Shown: positions 33,721-42,459 of the stretch, piece after piece | Numbering within the stretch: the first letter of the stretch is position 1 | How the letters are laid out: each line of letters starts with the position of its first letter | Assembly: GCA_025450765.1 (NCBI GenBank) | Contig: JANWLS010000199.1 | Location: forward strand, 1-47,909 | Origin: Vicinamibacterales bacterium | GTDB taxonomy: Bacteria; Acidobacteriota; Vicinamibacteria; Vicinamibacterales; CAVVIG01 | Reading direction: 5' to 3' | DNA: 47,909 nt | The notes under the pieces: model-generated | Told to the model about the DNA's origin: nothing | What the model saw: the letters and a program-made list of their open reading frames with translations, nothing else | The model's database searches: none | Made by a program: the position numbers and the translations under genes

Positions 33721-36573
33721 TTGGAATCCTTACGGAAGTCTGTTTTGTTGCTTGCGCTTTGTGCGATGTTCAGCGCCGCACCCGCCTTCGCGCAACTCGA
33801 GCCGGCGCACCTCACCGGCGTCGTCAAGGACGCCCAGGGCGCCGTGCTGCCGGGCGTGACGGTCACCGCGACCTCTCCTGCCCTGATCGGCTCGGAAGTG
33901 GCCGTCAGCGAAGTCAACGGTGCCTACCGCTTTGCCTCGTTGCCAGCCGGCACGTATACGCTCAGCTTTTCGCTCACCGGATTCCAGACGCAGGAGCGCA
34001 AGGGAATCGTGCTGGCGACCGGGCAGACGCTGACCATCGATGTGCAACTGGCGCTCGCCTCGCTCAAGGAGAACGTGACCGTCACCGCCGAATCGCCCGT
34101 CGTCGACACGCAGTCGACGACCGTCGGCTCCGTGCTGAGCACGGCCAAGCTGGTGGGCGTACCGACCTCCACGGACGTCTGGGGCGCGCTCGCGCAGACC
34201 CCGGGTGTCCGGATGCGCGGCTACGACGTCGGCGGCAGCCACAAGATGTCGCAGACCGGGTACGACAGCTTCGGCATGCGCGGCCAGAACCACGTCGTCA
34301 TGGAAGGCCTGGACACGACGGAAGGGAACAGCGGCGACGGCAACTACATGGACTACTTCACGCAGAGTGAAATGTCCGTGACGGCGGCCGGCGGCGATGT
34401 CGCGATGCAGTCGCCCGGCGCGGCCATCATCTATACCGTCAAGAGCGGCGGCAACCAGTTCAAGGGCCTCGAGAACATCACCTACGAGGGCAGCAACTTC
34501 GTCGGCAACAACATCGACTCGGCCACCGCGGCTCGGGGCTTCACCGGCCAGCCGAACCTCCTCTTCTGGGAAGGGCACGCCGAACTGGGCGGCCCGGTGA
34601 TGAAGGACAAGCTCTGGTTCTACACCGCGTACAACCACTTCAAATTGAACAAGGCGATCTCCGGCGTCGATCAGAACGTGGCGACGCAGCTCGCGCTCTT
34701 CAACTCCTACACGGCGAAGCTCACCTACAAGGCGAGCCAGAAGGACACCGTCGTCGGCTTCTACAACTGGAACAAGAAGGCGCTGCCGCTGCGCGGCCTC
34801 TCGGCGACGACGCCGCCGGAGTCGGCGCTCGCGGAGTACAACCCGGATTGGAACATCGCCGGGCGCTACCAGCGTGTCTGGAGCAACCGCCTGTTCTCGG
34901 AGTTCACCTTCGGCACGTGGGGCTACGATTTTCCCGAGGTTCCGAGCGTCGACTTCCGGAACCAGCCGCCGCGACTCGATACGGCCACGGGCGTGTCGTC
35001 GGGTGCGGGCTGGGGCGGCGGCGCCGGTCCGTTCGACCTGGGGTGGCGGCGTCCGCAGGTGAACGGCCAGGGCACCTACTTCCTGCCGACCAAGCATGGC
35101 AGCCACGATTTCAAGATGGGCTTTGCCTGGGCCAACGACAGCACGTACGACGACTCGAGCGGCACGTCGGGCGCCATCTACTATCTGGATCGCAACAACA
35201 AGCCCGATGAGATCCGGTTGACGGATGTCGGCGACCCGGCGACCTTCGGCACGGCGTGGACCGGTCCGAACGACCGCGACCTGCGGTACGCGCTCTACTT
35301 CCAGGATCGCTGGACGGTCGGCCAGTTCACGACGACCCTCGGCCTGCGATACGACCATCAGCGGCCGTACTACGAATCGGCGAAGAGCGACCCGATCCTG
35401 TCGGGCATCTTCCAGCCGACGACGACGCCCGGGGCGACGCTCCTCTCGCGGGGGATGCTGGCGCCGCGCGCCGGGGTGAGCTGGGACCCGAAGGGCGACA
35501 GCCGCTCGGTCGTCAAGGCGTTCTACGGCCGGTTCTATTTCAATTTCGCGACCGACTTCTCGAACGTGGATCCCGGCGGCAGCAACACGCGGGATTACGT
35601 GTTCAACGACCTGAACAACAACGGGCTCTACGATGGACCGCAGGAGCTCGGCGCGCTGGTGGGGTCGACGGGCGGCAACAGCACGACGCTCGATCCCAAC
35701 ATCAAGACGCCGTACACCGACGAAGTCGACCTGTCCTACGACCATCAGTTCTGGGGCGAGTCGTCGATCCGCTTCGCCTACGTGCGGAAGATGACGCGCG
35801 ACCAGTACGCGACCTACAACGTGGCGCGCGCCGGTCAGTTCACCGTGCCGGTGACCGTGCCGGTGACGCTTCAGAACTACTCGGCCAATGGGGCCGTCAC
35901 TCAGGGGACGCAGAACTTCACCGTCTACGACATCCCCGACGCGTTGAGTGGCGTGGTCACGAATCTGGTCGCGACGATGCCGGCCGAAGTAGACAACGGT
36001 GCGGAGAACTACGACACGCTCGACGTCGCCTTCAACAAGCGCTTCCAGCAGGGGCTGTTCCTCGACAGCAGCTTCGACTACGGCTGGCGCGACGAGCTCC
36101 GGACGACCTCGTCGAGCAACAGTCCGTCGAATACGGACCCGATTGGCACCGGCTACTTCCAGAACGTGTTTCCGACGGTGCCGAACCGGCAGAAGACGAC
36201 TTCGTGGCAGGCGCACCTCTCGGGCCGCTACGAGTTCCCGCTCGGGATCGGGTTTGCCGCCAACCTGCGCGCGCAGAGCGGCTGGCCGTACGCCCGCGTC
36301 ATTTCGGTGAAGCTGCCGAATGTCGGCACGCAGAAGTTCCTGATGACGGACCTCGATCAGAACTACGCGGATGCGGTGACGCTGATCGACCTGCGGCTCG
36401 ACAAGAGCGTGCGGGTGCGCACGACGCGCCTCACGTTCATGGTCGACATCTTCAACCTGATGAACTCGAACACGGTGACGAACTTCAACCTGGCGAACGG
36501 CTCGCGGTACAACCAGATCAACGCGACGCTGGATCCGCGGACGGTGGAGCTCGGGTTCCGGGTCGAGTTCTAG
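33721..36573 (+). CDS. TonB-dependent receptor (carboxypeptidase-regulatory-like N-domain, Oar-like barrel)
   Basis: TTG start after AAGGAGA; GVVKDAQGAVLPGVTVTA, KSGGNQF, YFQDRW, LGLRYD, APRAGVSWD, C-terminal GFRVEF. Confidence 0.9.
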   Translation: MESLRKSVLLLALCAMFSAAPAFAQLEPAHLTGVVKDAQGAVLPGVTVTATSPALIGSEVAVSEVNGAYRFASLPAGTYTLSFSLTGFQTQERKGIVLATGQTLTIDVQLALASLKENVTVTAESPVVDTQSTTVGSVLSTAKLVGVPTSTDVWGALAQTPGVRMRGYDVGGSHKMSQTGYDSFGMRGQNHVVMEGLDTTEGNSGDGNYMDYFTQSEMSVTAAGGDVAMQSPGAAIIYTVKSGGNQFKGLENITYEGSNFVGNNIDSATAARGFTGQPNLLFWEGHAELGGPVMKDKLWFYTAYNHFKLNKAISGVDQNVATQLALFNSYTAKLTYKASQKDTVVGFYNWNKKALPLRGLSATTPPESALAEYNPDWNIAGRYQRVWSNRLFSEFTFGTWGYDFPEVPSVDFRNQPPRLDTATGVSSGAGWGGGAGPFDLGWRRPQVNGQGTYFLPTKHGSHDFKMGFAWANDSTYDDSSGTSGAIYYLDRNNKPDEIRLTDVGDPATFGTAWTGPNDRDLRYALYFQDRWTVGQFTTTLGLRYDHQRPYYESAKSDPILSGIFQPTTTPGATLLSRGMLAPRAGVSWDPKGDSRSVVKAFYGRFYFNFATDFSNVDPGGSNTRDYVFNDLNNNGLYDGPQELGALVGSTGGNSTTLDPNIKTPYTDEVDLSYDHQFWGESSIRFAYVRKMTRDQYATYNVARAGQFTVPVTVPVTLQNYSANGAVTQGTQNFTVYDIPDALSGVVTNLVATMPAEVDNGAENYDTLDVAFNKRFQQGLFLDSSFDYGWRDELRTTSSSNSPSNTDPIGTGYFQNVFPTVPNRQKTTSWQAHLSGRYEFPLGIGFAANLRAQSGWPYARVISVKLPNVGTQKFLMTDLDQNYADAVTLIDLRLDKSVRVRTTRLTFMVDIFNLMNSNTVTNFNLANGSRYNQINATLDPRTVELGFRVEF

Positions 36574-36575
36574 CA

Positions 36576-36632
36576 CACGGAGACGCGGAGGACGCGGAGG
36601 GCTCCCGGTCCGGGGCCCACGCGTCCTCTGCG
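36576..36632. repeat. GACGCGGAG-type inverted repeat after the TonB receptor stop
   Basis: CACGGAGACGCGGAGGACGCGGAGG; CGCGGAGGACGCG pairs with CGCGTCCTCTGCG (1 mismatch). Confidence 0.6.
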
Positions 36633-36742
36633 GCGCCGTCCTCATCCCGTCACGAACTCCCACCGATAAGTAAGGAAGAAGCGCTAGAGTTTTCAGGGGC
36701 GATTTCTCGCCTTAAATGGTCGTGTTGCGATACAATAGCGGG

Positions 36743-36775
36743 ATGCCCGCGTCTCGAAATACGGCCACCACGTAA
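36743..36775 (+). other. Possible leaderless 10-aa uORF (MPASRNTATT) in frame with the CLC gene
   Basis: TACAAT 36731-36736, 6 nt, ATG...TAA, then GCT and ATG 36779. Confidence 0.3.
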
Positions 36776-36778
36776 GCT

Positions 36779-38551
36779 ATGGATACTGTTCCGACGATGC
36801 GCACCCGGCGGCGGATTCTCGACCATCCGCGGCTGCGCAAGTACACCTCGCTCGTCCACGAAGACCTCAGCGCCACCTACTCGCGCGACCTCCACAAGTG
36901 GTTGATCGTCGCTCCGATCATCGGCGTGATCACGGGGCTCGTCATCACGTTAATCGTGAAGGTCATCCTGGTGTGGATGTGGCCGCCCGTCCTCGCCTAT
37001 TTCCTGCAGCATTGGTGGGCCATCGTGCCGGTGCTCGGCGGAGGCTTCGCGCTCGCCGGCCTGATCATGCAGTACATGACGCCGGACCCCGATGAGCACT
37101 CGTCGGAAGAGATCATCCGCTCGTATCACGAGCACCAGGGCGACATCCAGATCCGGCCGTTCCTGCCCAAGCTGGTGGCGGCCGTGCTCTCGGTCGGTCT
37201 GGGTGGCAGCGCGGCGCTCGAAGGCCCGAGCATCTACAGTGGCGGCGCGATCGGATCGTGGCTGTGGGCGAAGTTCCACTGGCTGAAGCTGGAGCCGCGC
37301 GACCGCCGCATCATGCTGATCAGCGGCGCGGCCGCGGGGATGGCGGCCGTGTTCCGGGCGCCGCTGACGGGTCTGATTTTCGCGATCGAAATGCCGTACA
37401 AGGACGATCTGGCGCACGAGGCACTGCTGCCCTCGCTCATCGCCTCGGTCGTCTCGTACGCGACGCTGGCGTCGTTTCTCGGGGCCAGGCCCATCTTCGA
37501 CTTCGTGTCGGGCGCGAGCTTCAGCCGGCAGGACCTGCTGTGGTCGGCGCTGCTCGGCGTGATCATCGGCCTCGTCGCGATGGCGTTCGACATCACGTTC
37601 CGACGCTTCCGCACCTTCATGGTGCGCAACACGATCCCGCACTGGGTCAAGATGACGATCGGAGGGGTCGCGACGGCCCTGTGCGGCATCATCTTCGTCT
37701 CGATCTTCCACGGCAGCCTGATTCCGCTCGGCCCGAACTACGAGGCCGTCCCCGACGTGCTGCAGCACGCGCACAGTTCGGCGGAGCTCGTCTCCTTCGG
37801 CTTCTTCAAGCTCGCGGCCACGCTCTTCTCGCTCGGCGTGGGCGGCGTGAGCGCGATGTTCGTCCCGCTCTTCCTCAGCGGCAGCTCTTTCGGCGTGGCG
37901 TTCGCGCAGTCGATCGTCCACTCGCCGATGATCGACCTCTACGCGGCGGTCGGCATGGCGGCCTTCATCGCCGCCGGCTACAAGACGCCGCTCACGGCGG
38001 TCGTCTTCGTCGCCGAGGCGACGGGCGGACACGCCTACATCGTCCCGACGCTCATCGGCGCGGCGGTGGCCTACGCCGTCTCGGGCGAGGCGTCGGTCTC
38101 GGGCGACCAGCGGCTGCACGAAGGAGTGAAGATCACCGACCTGCGGCATGTCTCGGTCCGCGACGTGATGCAGCGGCAGATCGTCTCGGTCGAGGCCACC
38201 ACGACGCTGCGGCACTTCGTCGACAGCCTCGGCGCGCATCATCCGCACGCGGTCTACCCGGTCTACGAAGGCGATCGGCCGATCGGCGTGATGCTGATTC
38301 GCGCGATGGCCTCGGTGCCGCTGCCGAAATGGGAGCAGACCACGATCGGCGAACTGGCGGAACGACGCGTCACGCGCATCTCGGCCGACGTCGATCTGAT
38401 GGAGGCGCTGCGGCTGCTCATGGGGCAGCGGGGTCAGCGGATGCTGCTCGTCACCGACTCGCACGGACGGCTCGAAGGCCTGCTCACGAAATCCGACATC
38501 CTCAACGCCCTCGCCACGCGCGGCGCGGGACGGCACTTCACGCATCCGTAG
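36779..38551 (+). CDS. CLC-family chloride channel/transporter with C-terminal CBS pair
   Basis: GGSAALEGP, SGAAAGMAAVFRAPLTG, FVP, YKTPLTAVVFVAE; CBS motifs VRDVM and EGLLTKSDI; start could be 36797. Confidence 0.9.
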   Translation: MDTVPTMRTRRRILDHPRLRKYTSLVHEDLSATYSRDLHKWLIVAPIIGVITGLVITLIVKVILVWMWPPVLAYFLQHWWAIVPVLGGGFALAGLIMQYMTPDPDEHSSEEIIRSYHEHQGDIQIRPFLPKLVAAVLSVGLGGSAALEGPSIYSGGAIGSWLWAKFHWLKLEPRDRRIMLISGAAAGMAAVFRAPLTGLIFAIEMPYKDDLAHEALLPSLIASVVSYATLASFLGARPIFDFVSGASFSRQDLLWSALLGVIIGLVAMAFDITFRRFRTFMVRNTIPHWVKMTIGGVATALCGIIFVSIFHGSLIPLGPNYEAVPDVLQHAHSSAELVSFGFFKLAATLFSLGVGGVSAMFVPLFLSGSSFGVAFAQSIVHSPMIDLYAAVGMAAFIAAGYKTPLTAVVFVAEATGGHAYIVPTLIGAAVAYAVSGEASVSGDQRLHEGVKITDLRHVSVRDVMQRQIVSVEATTTLRHFVDSLGAHHPHAVYPVYEGDRPIGVMLIRAMASVPLPKWEQTTIGELAERRVTRISADVDLMEALRLLMGQRGQRMLLVTDSHGRLEGLLTKSDILNALATRGAGRHFTHP

Positions 38552-38616
38552 GGCACGGGCCACGGAAGGCGGCGAAGGGCGTGGCCGGCAGCCCGGCAAT
38601 GCGCGATAATAGGCGC

Positions 38617-40665
38617 ATGCCTGTGGAAATGAAGCGTTCGGCGCGCGGCCCCATCCGGCCTGCGCGCGATGAGGCGCGGCGCTGGTACGAGCTGCTGCAC
38701 ATGGGGCGCACGCTCGACGAGAAGGCGCCGAATTATCTGAAGCAGGGGCTCGGCTGGAGCTATCACGCGCCGAATGCCGGCCACGACGGCATCCAGCTCG
38801 CGCTCGGCCTGACCTTCCGCCCGGGGCGCGACTACCTTTTTCCCTACTATCGCGACCTGACGACGTGCCTGGCCGCCGGCCTCACGGTCGACGAGATTCT
38901 GCTCAACGGCCTGTCCAAGGCCGACGACGTGGCGTCCGGCGGGCGCCACATGTCGAACCACTTCGCCAAGGCCTCGATTGGCATCCAGAACACCTCATCG
39001 GCGGTGGCGAATCACGCGCAGCATGCCGCCGGTCTTGGCCGCGCGGTCGCGTTCTACGAGCGGGATGCCATCGTGTACTGCTCGGTCGGCGAGTCGTCGA
39101 CCTCGGAGGGGTACTTCTACGAGGCGGTGAACGGCGCGTCGCACGAGCGCCTGCCGGTCATTTTCGTCGTCCAGGACAACGGCTACGGCATCTCGGTGCC
39201 GAAGGCCGAGCAGACGGCGAACGAGTTCGCCTCCGACAACTTCAGCGGCTTCAAGAACCTCCTGATCGTCCACTGCGACGGCACCGACGTCTTCGACTCG
39301 TTCCGCGCGATGCGCGAGGCGGTGGAGTTCGTGCGCGCCGGGCGCGGCGCGGTCCTGGTGCACGCGCGCTGCGTGCGGATCGGATCGCACTCCAACTCGG
39401 ACCGCCAGGATCTCTATCGCTCGCCCGAGGAGCTGGCGGCCGCCAAGGCGGCGGATCCGCTGCCGAAGTTCGTCGAGCGTGCGCTAAGCGAGGGCTTTCT
39501 CACGGCCGACGACATCCACGAGATCGAGGCCCGGAACAAGCAGCGCTATGAGGAAGCGGCCGATCGAGTACGCGTCGCGCCCGATCCGGATCCGCGCACG
39601 ATTTTCGATCACCTGGTCCCGGAGGCCTGGACGCCGACGGCGTGGCCTGAGGGTCAGCCGGACGGATCCGGGCCTGAGTGGTCGCTCCTGCAGGCCATCA
39701 ACGAAACGCTGAAGGCCGAGTTCCGCCTCAATCCGGACACGTTCCTGTGGGGACAGGACGTCGCGAACAAGGAGAAGGGCGGCGTCTTCAACGTCACCAA
39801 GGGGATGCAGCAGGAGTTCGGTGCGAAGCGCGTGCACAACGCGCCGCTCGCCGAAGACTACATCATGGGGACGGCCGACGGCTTCTCGCGGCTCGACGAC
39901 AAGATCCGGCTCGTCATCGAAGGGGCCGAGTTCGCCGATTATTTCTGGCCCGCCGCCGAGCAGATGGTCGAGATGTCACACGAATACTGGCGGACGAACG
40001 GCGCGTTCTCGCCGAACGTGACGGTGCGCCTCGCCTCGGGCGGGTACATCGGCGGTGGCCTGTACCACTCGCAGAACATCGAGGGGTGGCTGACCACACT
40101 TCCGGGCCTGCGCGTCGTGACGCCGGCCTTTGCGGACGACGCGGCGGGGTTACTGAGGACCGCGATGCGATCGCGAGGCCTGACCGTCTTCCTCGAGCCG
40201 AAGCACCTGTACAACCTCCCCGCCGCAAGAGCGCACGTGCCCGAGGCGTTCGCGGTTCCGTTCGGCAAGGCGCGCGTCCGCCGAGCCGGCCGCGACCTGA
40301 CGATTGTCTCCTACGGCACGGCCGTGCACTTCGCGCTCGAAGCCGCCGAGTTGCTGGCGAAAGAGGGCACGGAAGCGGAAGTGATCGACCTGCGCTCGCT
40401 CGTGCCGATGGATCTCGAAAGCGTGCTCGCCTCCGTGCGGCGCACCAGCCGCGTGCTCGTGGCGCACGAGGACAAGGTGCACGGCGGGTTCGGCGGCGAA
40501 ATCGCCTCGCAGATCCAGGCCGAGGCGTTCGTCTGGCTCGATGCGCCGATCGGCCGCGTCGGCTCCACCTTCACGCCGGTTGGCTTCAACCGGATCCTCG
40601 AACGGGCCATCCTGCCCAATACGGAAAAGGTGCTGAAGGCGGCGAAGCAGGTCCTCGCGTTCTGA
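38617..40665 (+). CDS. Fused E1 alpha/beta 2-oxoacid (2-oxoisovalerate-type) dehydrogenase
   Basis: True start inside a spuriously extended ORF; FPYYRD, HMSNH, GESSTSEG...QDNGYGIS, HSNSD, WGQDV, GGLYHSQNIE, FLEPK, EVIDLRSL. Confidence 0.92.
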   Translation: MPVEMKRSARGPIRPARDEARRWYELLHMGRTLDEKAPNYLKQGLGWSYHAPNAGHDGIQLALGLTFRPGRDYLFPYYRDLTTCLAAGLTVDEILLNGLSKADDVASGGRHMSNHFAKASIGIQNTSSAVANHAQHAAGLGRAVAFYERDAIVYCSVGESSTSEGYFYEAVNGASHERLPVIFVVQDNGYGISVPKAEQTANEFASDNFSGFKNLLIVHCDGTDVFDSFRAMREAVEFVRAGRGAVLVHARCVRIGSHSNSDRQDLYRSPEELAAAKAADPLPKFVERALSEGFLTADDIHEIEARNKQRYEEAADRVRVAPDPDPRTIFDHLVPEAWTPTAWPEGQPDGSGPEWSLLQAINETLKAEFRLNPDTFLWGQDVANKEKGGVFNVTKGMQQEFGAKRVHNAPLAEDYIMGTADGFSRLDDKIRLVIEGAEFADYFWPAAEQMVEMSHEYWRTNGAFSPNVTVRLASGGYIGGGLYHSQNIEGWLTTLPGLRVVTPAFADDAAGLLRTAMRSRGLTVFLEPKHLYNLPAARAHVPEAFAVPFGKARVRRAGRDLTIVSYGTAVHFALEAAELLAKEGTEAEVIDLRSLVPMDLESVLASVRRTSRVLVAHEDKVHGGFGGEIASQIQAEAFVWLDAPIGRVGSTFTPVGFNRILERAILPNTEKVLKAAKQVLAF

Positions 40666-40723
40666 CGGGCTTCGGGCGTCGGACCTCTGGCCTGCGCGGG
40701 CCTGTGGCCTTCAACCTGCGGCC
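40666..40723. repeat. Degenerate heptamer repeat tract after the E1 gene
   Basis: TGACGGGCTTCGGGC matches TGACGGGCTTCAGGC at 19523; followed by GGACCTC TGGCCTG-type units. Confidence 0.4.
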
Positions 40724-40761
40724 TTTCAAGTTGCCCTCCTCTTGTGCCGATTCCCCGGCCG

Positions 40762-41244
40762 ATGCGGATCCTCGTGGCCGACGATGAATGGGCAGTGGGT
40801 GAGCTGCTCGCGTCCGTCTGCCGGCGTGGCGACCACGAGGTCGACATGGTCACCTCGGCGGAGGCTGCGCTCGACCACCTCGCCATCTCCAGCACCGATC
40901 TCCTCATCGCCGACATCGAAATGGCCGGCGACGCCCCATCCCGGTTCATGGCGGCCGTGCGACACGCGTGTCCGGGGCTGCCGGTCATCGCGACCGTGGC
41001 ACACGACGAACCCCTGCTCGTCGCCGAGCTCTTTGGCGATGGCGCGGTCGATGTGTTGAAGAAGCCGTTTGCGATGGAGGACCTGGGGATTCGGATCGCG
41101 CTCGTCGAGGAGCGGCGGCGTTACGTGAGGGACCTGGCCAACGAGCGCATGCCGGTCCGGTCGACCGTGACGGCCTTCCGCCGGCCCATTGCGGATCGCG
41201 GGACGGTTGTCGAGCCGGCCGAGCGCCGCCGCGGCGCGGCCTGA
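40762..41244 (+). CDS. Response regulator receiver-domain protein (orphan)
   Basis: MRILVADDE, DLLIADIEM (phospho-Asp), LKKPF; short C-terminal tail with no output domain. Confidence 0.85.
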   Translation: MRILVADDEWAVGELLASVCRRGDHEVDMVTSAEAALDHLAISSTDLLIADIEMAGDAPSRFMAAVRHACPGLPVIATVAHDEPLLVAELFGDGAVDVLKKPFAMEDLGIRIALVEERRRYVRDLANERMPVRSTVTAFRRPIADRGTVVEPAERRRGAA

Positions 41245-41246
41245 GG

Positions 41247-41699
41247 CTACTTCGCGGTATCCGCCGGCTCGCGCGTGGCGTTCTGCGTGAGGACTTCGTT
41301 GAGCGCGCGCACGAGCGTCGGCCCGAGCGATCGCAGCTCGGCACGCGTGGTCGCAGACAGCTCGCGGAGGATTTGTTCGCCTTCAGCCGTGAGCTCCAGC
41401 AGCACCTGACGACGATCCGTCTCGCTTGGCCGGCGCTTCACCATCCCACGACTCACCAGGCGGTTCGCCAATTCAACGGCGCTGTGCGACTGCACCTGCA
41501 GACGTTCGGCGAGGGTGCCGATCGTCGCTTCCCGGTCGGTCGGCAAGCCTTTGATGGCGAGGAGAAGCTGGTGCTGCCGCGGCTCGATCCCGGCCTTCCG
41601 GGCGGTTTCCTCGCTGAAGCGCAGGAAGCGCCGGATCATGTAGCGGAACTGCGCGAGTGCCTGATAGTCGACGACGGATGACTCGTCCCGCAGAGGCAT
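41247..41699 (-). CDS. MarR-family transcriptional regulator
   Basis: YQALAQFRYMIRRFLRFSE, QHQLLLAI, LAERLQ, RLVSRGMV, DRRQVLLELT. Confidence 0.92.
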   Translation of the reverse strand: MPLRDESSVVDYQALAQFRYMIRRFLRFSEETARKAGIEPRQHQLLLAIKGLPTDREATIGTLAERLQVQSHSAVELANRLVSRGMVKRRPSETDRRQVLLELTAEGEQILRELSATTRAELRSLGPTLVRALNEVLTQNATREPADTAK

Positions 41700-41705
41700 C
41701 CGGGG

Positions 41706-41711
41706 ATTATA
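41706..41711 (-). promoter_or_regulatory. -10 box (TATAAT) for a leaderless marR-like transcript
   Basis: Minus strand TATAAT-CCCCGG-ATG, no Shine-Dalgarno. Confidence 0.6.
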
Positions 41712-41724
41712 CCGCGCGAATGCC

Positions 41725-42453
41725 CTATTTCCCCTCGCGCGTGCGCAGGAACGGCAACGTCAGATCCCAGGCCAGATTGGCCGCGCGGGCGTTGTAGCTG
41801 GCCCGCTCGTCGCAGAAAAACCCGTGATCGGCGTCCGAGATTTCAACATTTAGGAACGGCCGTCCGGCGTCGGTCATGGCGTCGATCACGGCCCGCCGCT
41901 GCGTCGCATCGATGTGCTTGTCGAGCCCGCCCCAGAAAAACAGCATCGGCCCGTGCAGCGCCCCCGCATGATGGAGCAGGGCCGGCGCAATCCCGCCGCC
42001 GTAGAAGGAGACCGCTGCCTGGAGCGGCAGCGTAGCATTGGCGAGAAACGCGACGCGCCCGCCCATGCAGAAGCCGACCGCGACGATATGGTTCGGCTGG
42101 GTCTGGCGATCCTGGTGGAGCCACTCGTGCGCGGCGCGCAGGTCGGCGATCAATCCGTCTTCCGTCAGCGCCTGCATGTGCGGCCTGATCGCCTCGAAGT
42201 CCGTGTACGACCCCTCGAAGCCCGGCGCGGTGCGGTGGTACAACTCCGGCGCGATCGCCACATAGCCCTGCGCCGCGAAGCGCTCGGCCACCCGGCGGAT
42301 GTGGCCGTTCACGCCGAAGGCTTCCTGCAGCACGATGATGCCTGGGTACGGTCCGCCGCTCGCCGGACGCGCCGTGAACGCCGCCATGGTCGTGCCATCG
42401 CCGATGGAGAGCGAGACGGCGGCGCTGGTGATGGGAAGGTCGGTTGTCGGCAT
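41725..42453 (-). CDS. Dienelactone hydrolase family protein
   Basis: QEAFGVN, GFCMGG nucleophile elbow, FYGGG, ADHGFFCDER. Confidence 0.93.
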   Translation of the reverse strand: MPTTDLPITSAAVSLSIGDGTTMAAFTARPASGGPYPGIIVLQEAFGVNGHIRRVAERFAAQGYVAIAPELYHRTAPGFEGSYTDFEAIRPHMQALTEDGLIADLRAAHEWLHQDRQTQPNHIVAVGFCMGGRVAFLANATLPLQAAVSFYGGGIAPALLHHAGALHGPMLFFWGGLDKHIDATQRRAVIDAMTDAGRPFLNVEISDADHGFFCDERASYNARAANLAWDLTLPFLRTREGK

Positions 42454-42459
42454 GGTCCT

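Noticed and set aside
10113-36663. Many very long antisense or alternate-frame ORFs (e.g. 10113-12773, 12920-15610, 14601-17558, 19737-22517, 33730-36663)
   Set aside because: Shadow ORFs of high-GC genes: Arg/Ala/Gly-rich, no motifs, fully overlapping well-supported CDSs
37258-38616. Apparent 1135-aa fusion ORF upstream of E1
   Set aside because: The first 453 codons are an off-frame read through the CLC gene; E1 similarity starts at about 38617
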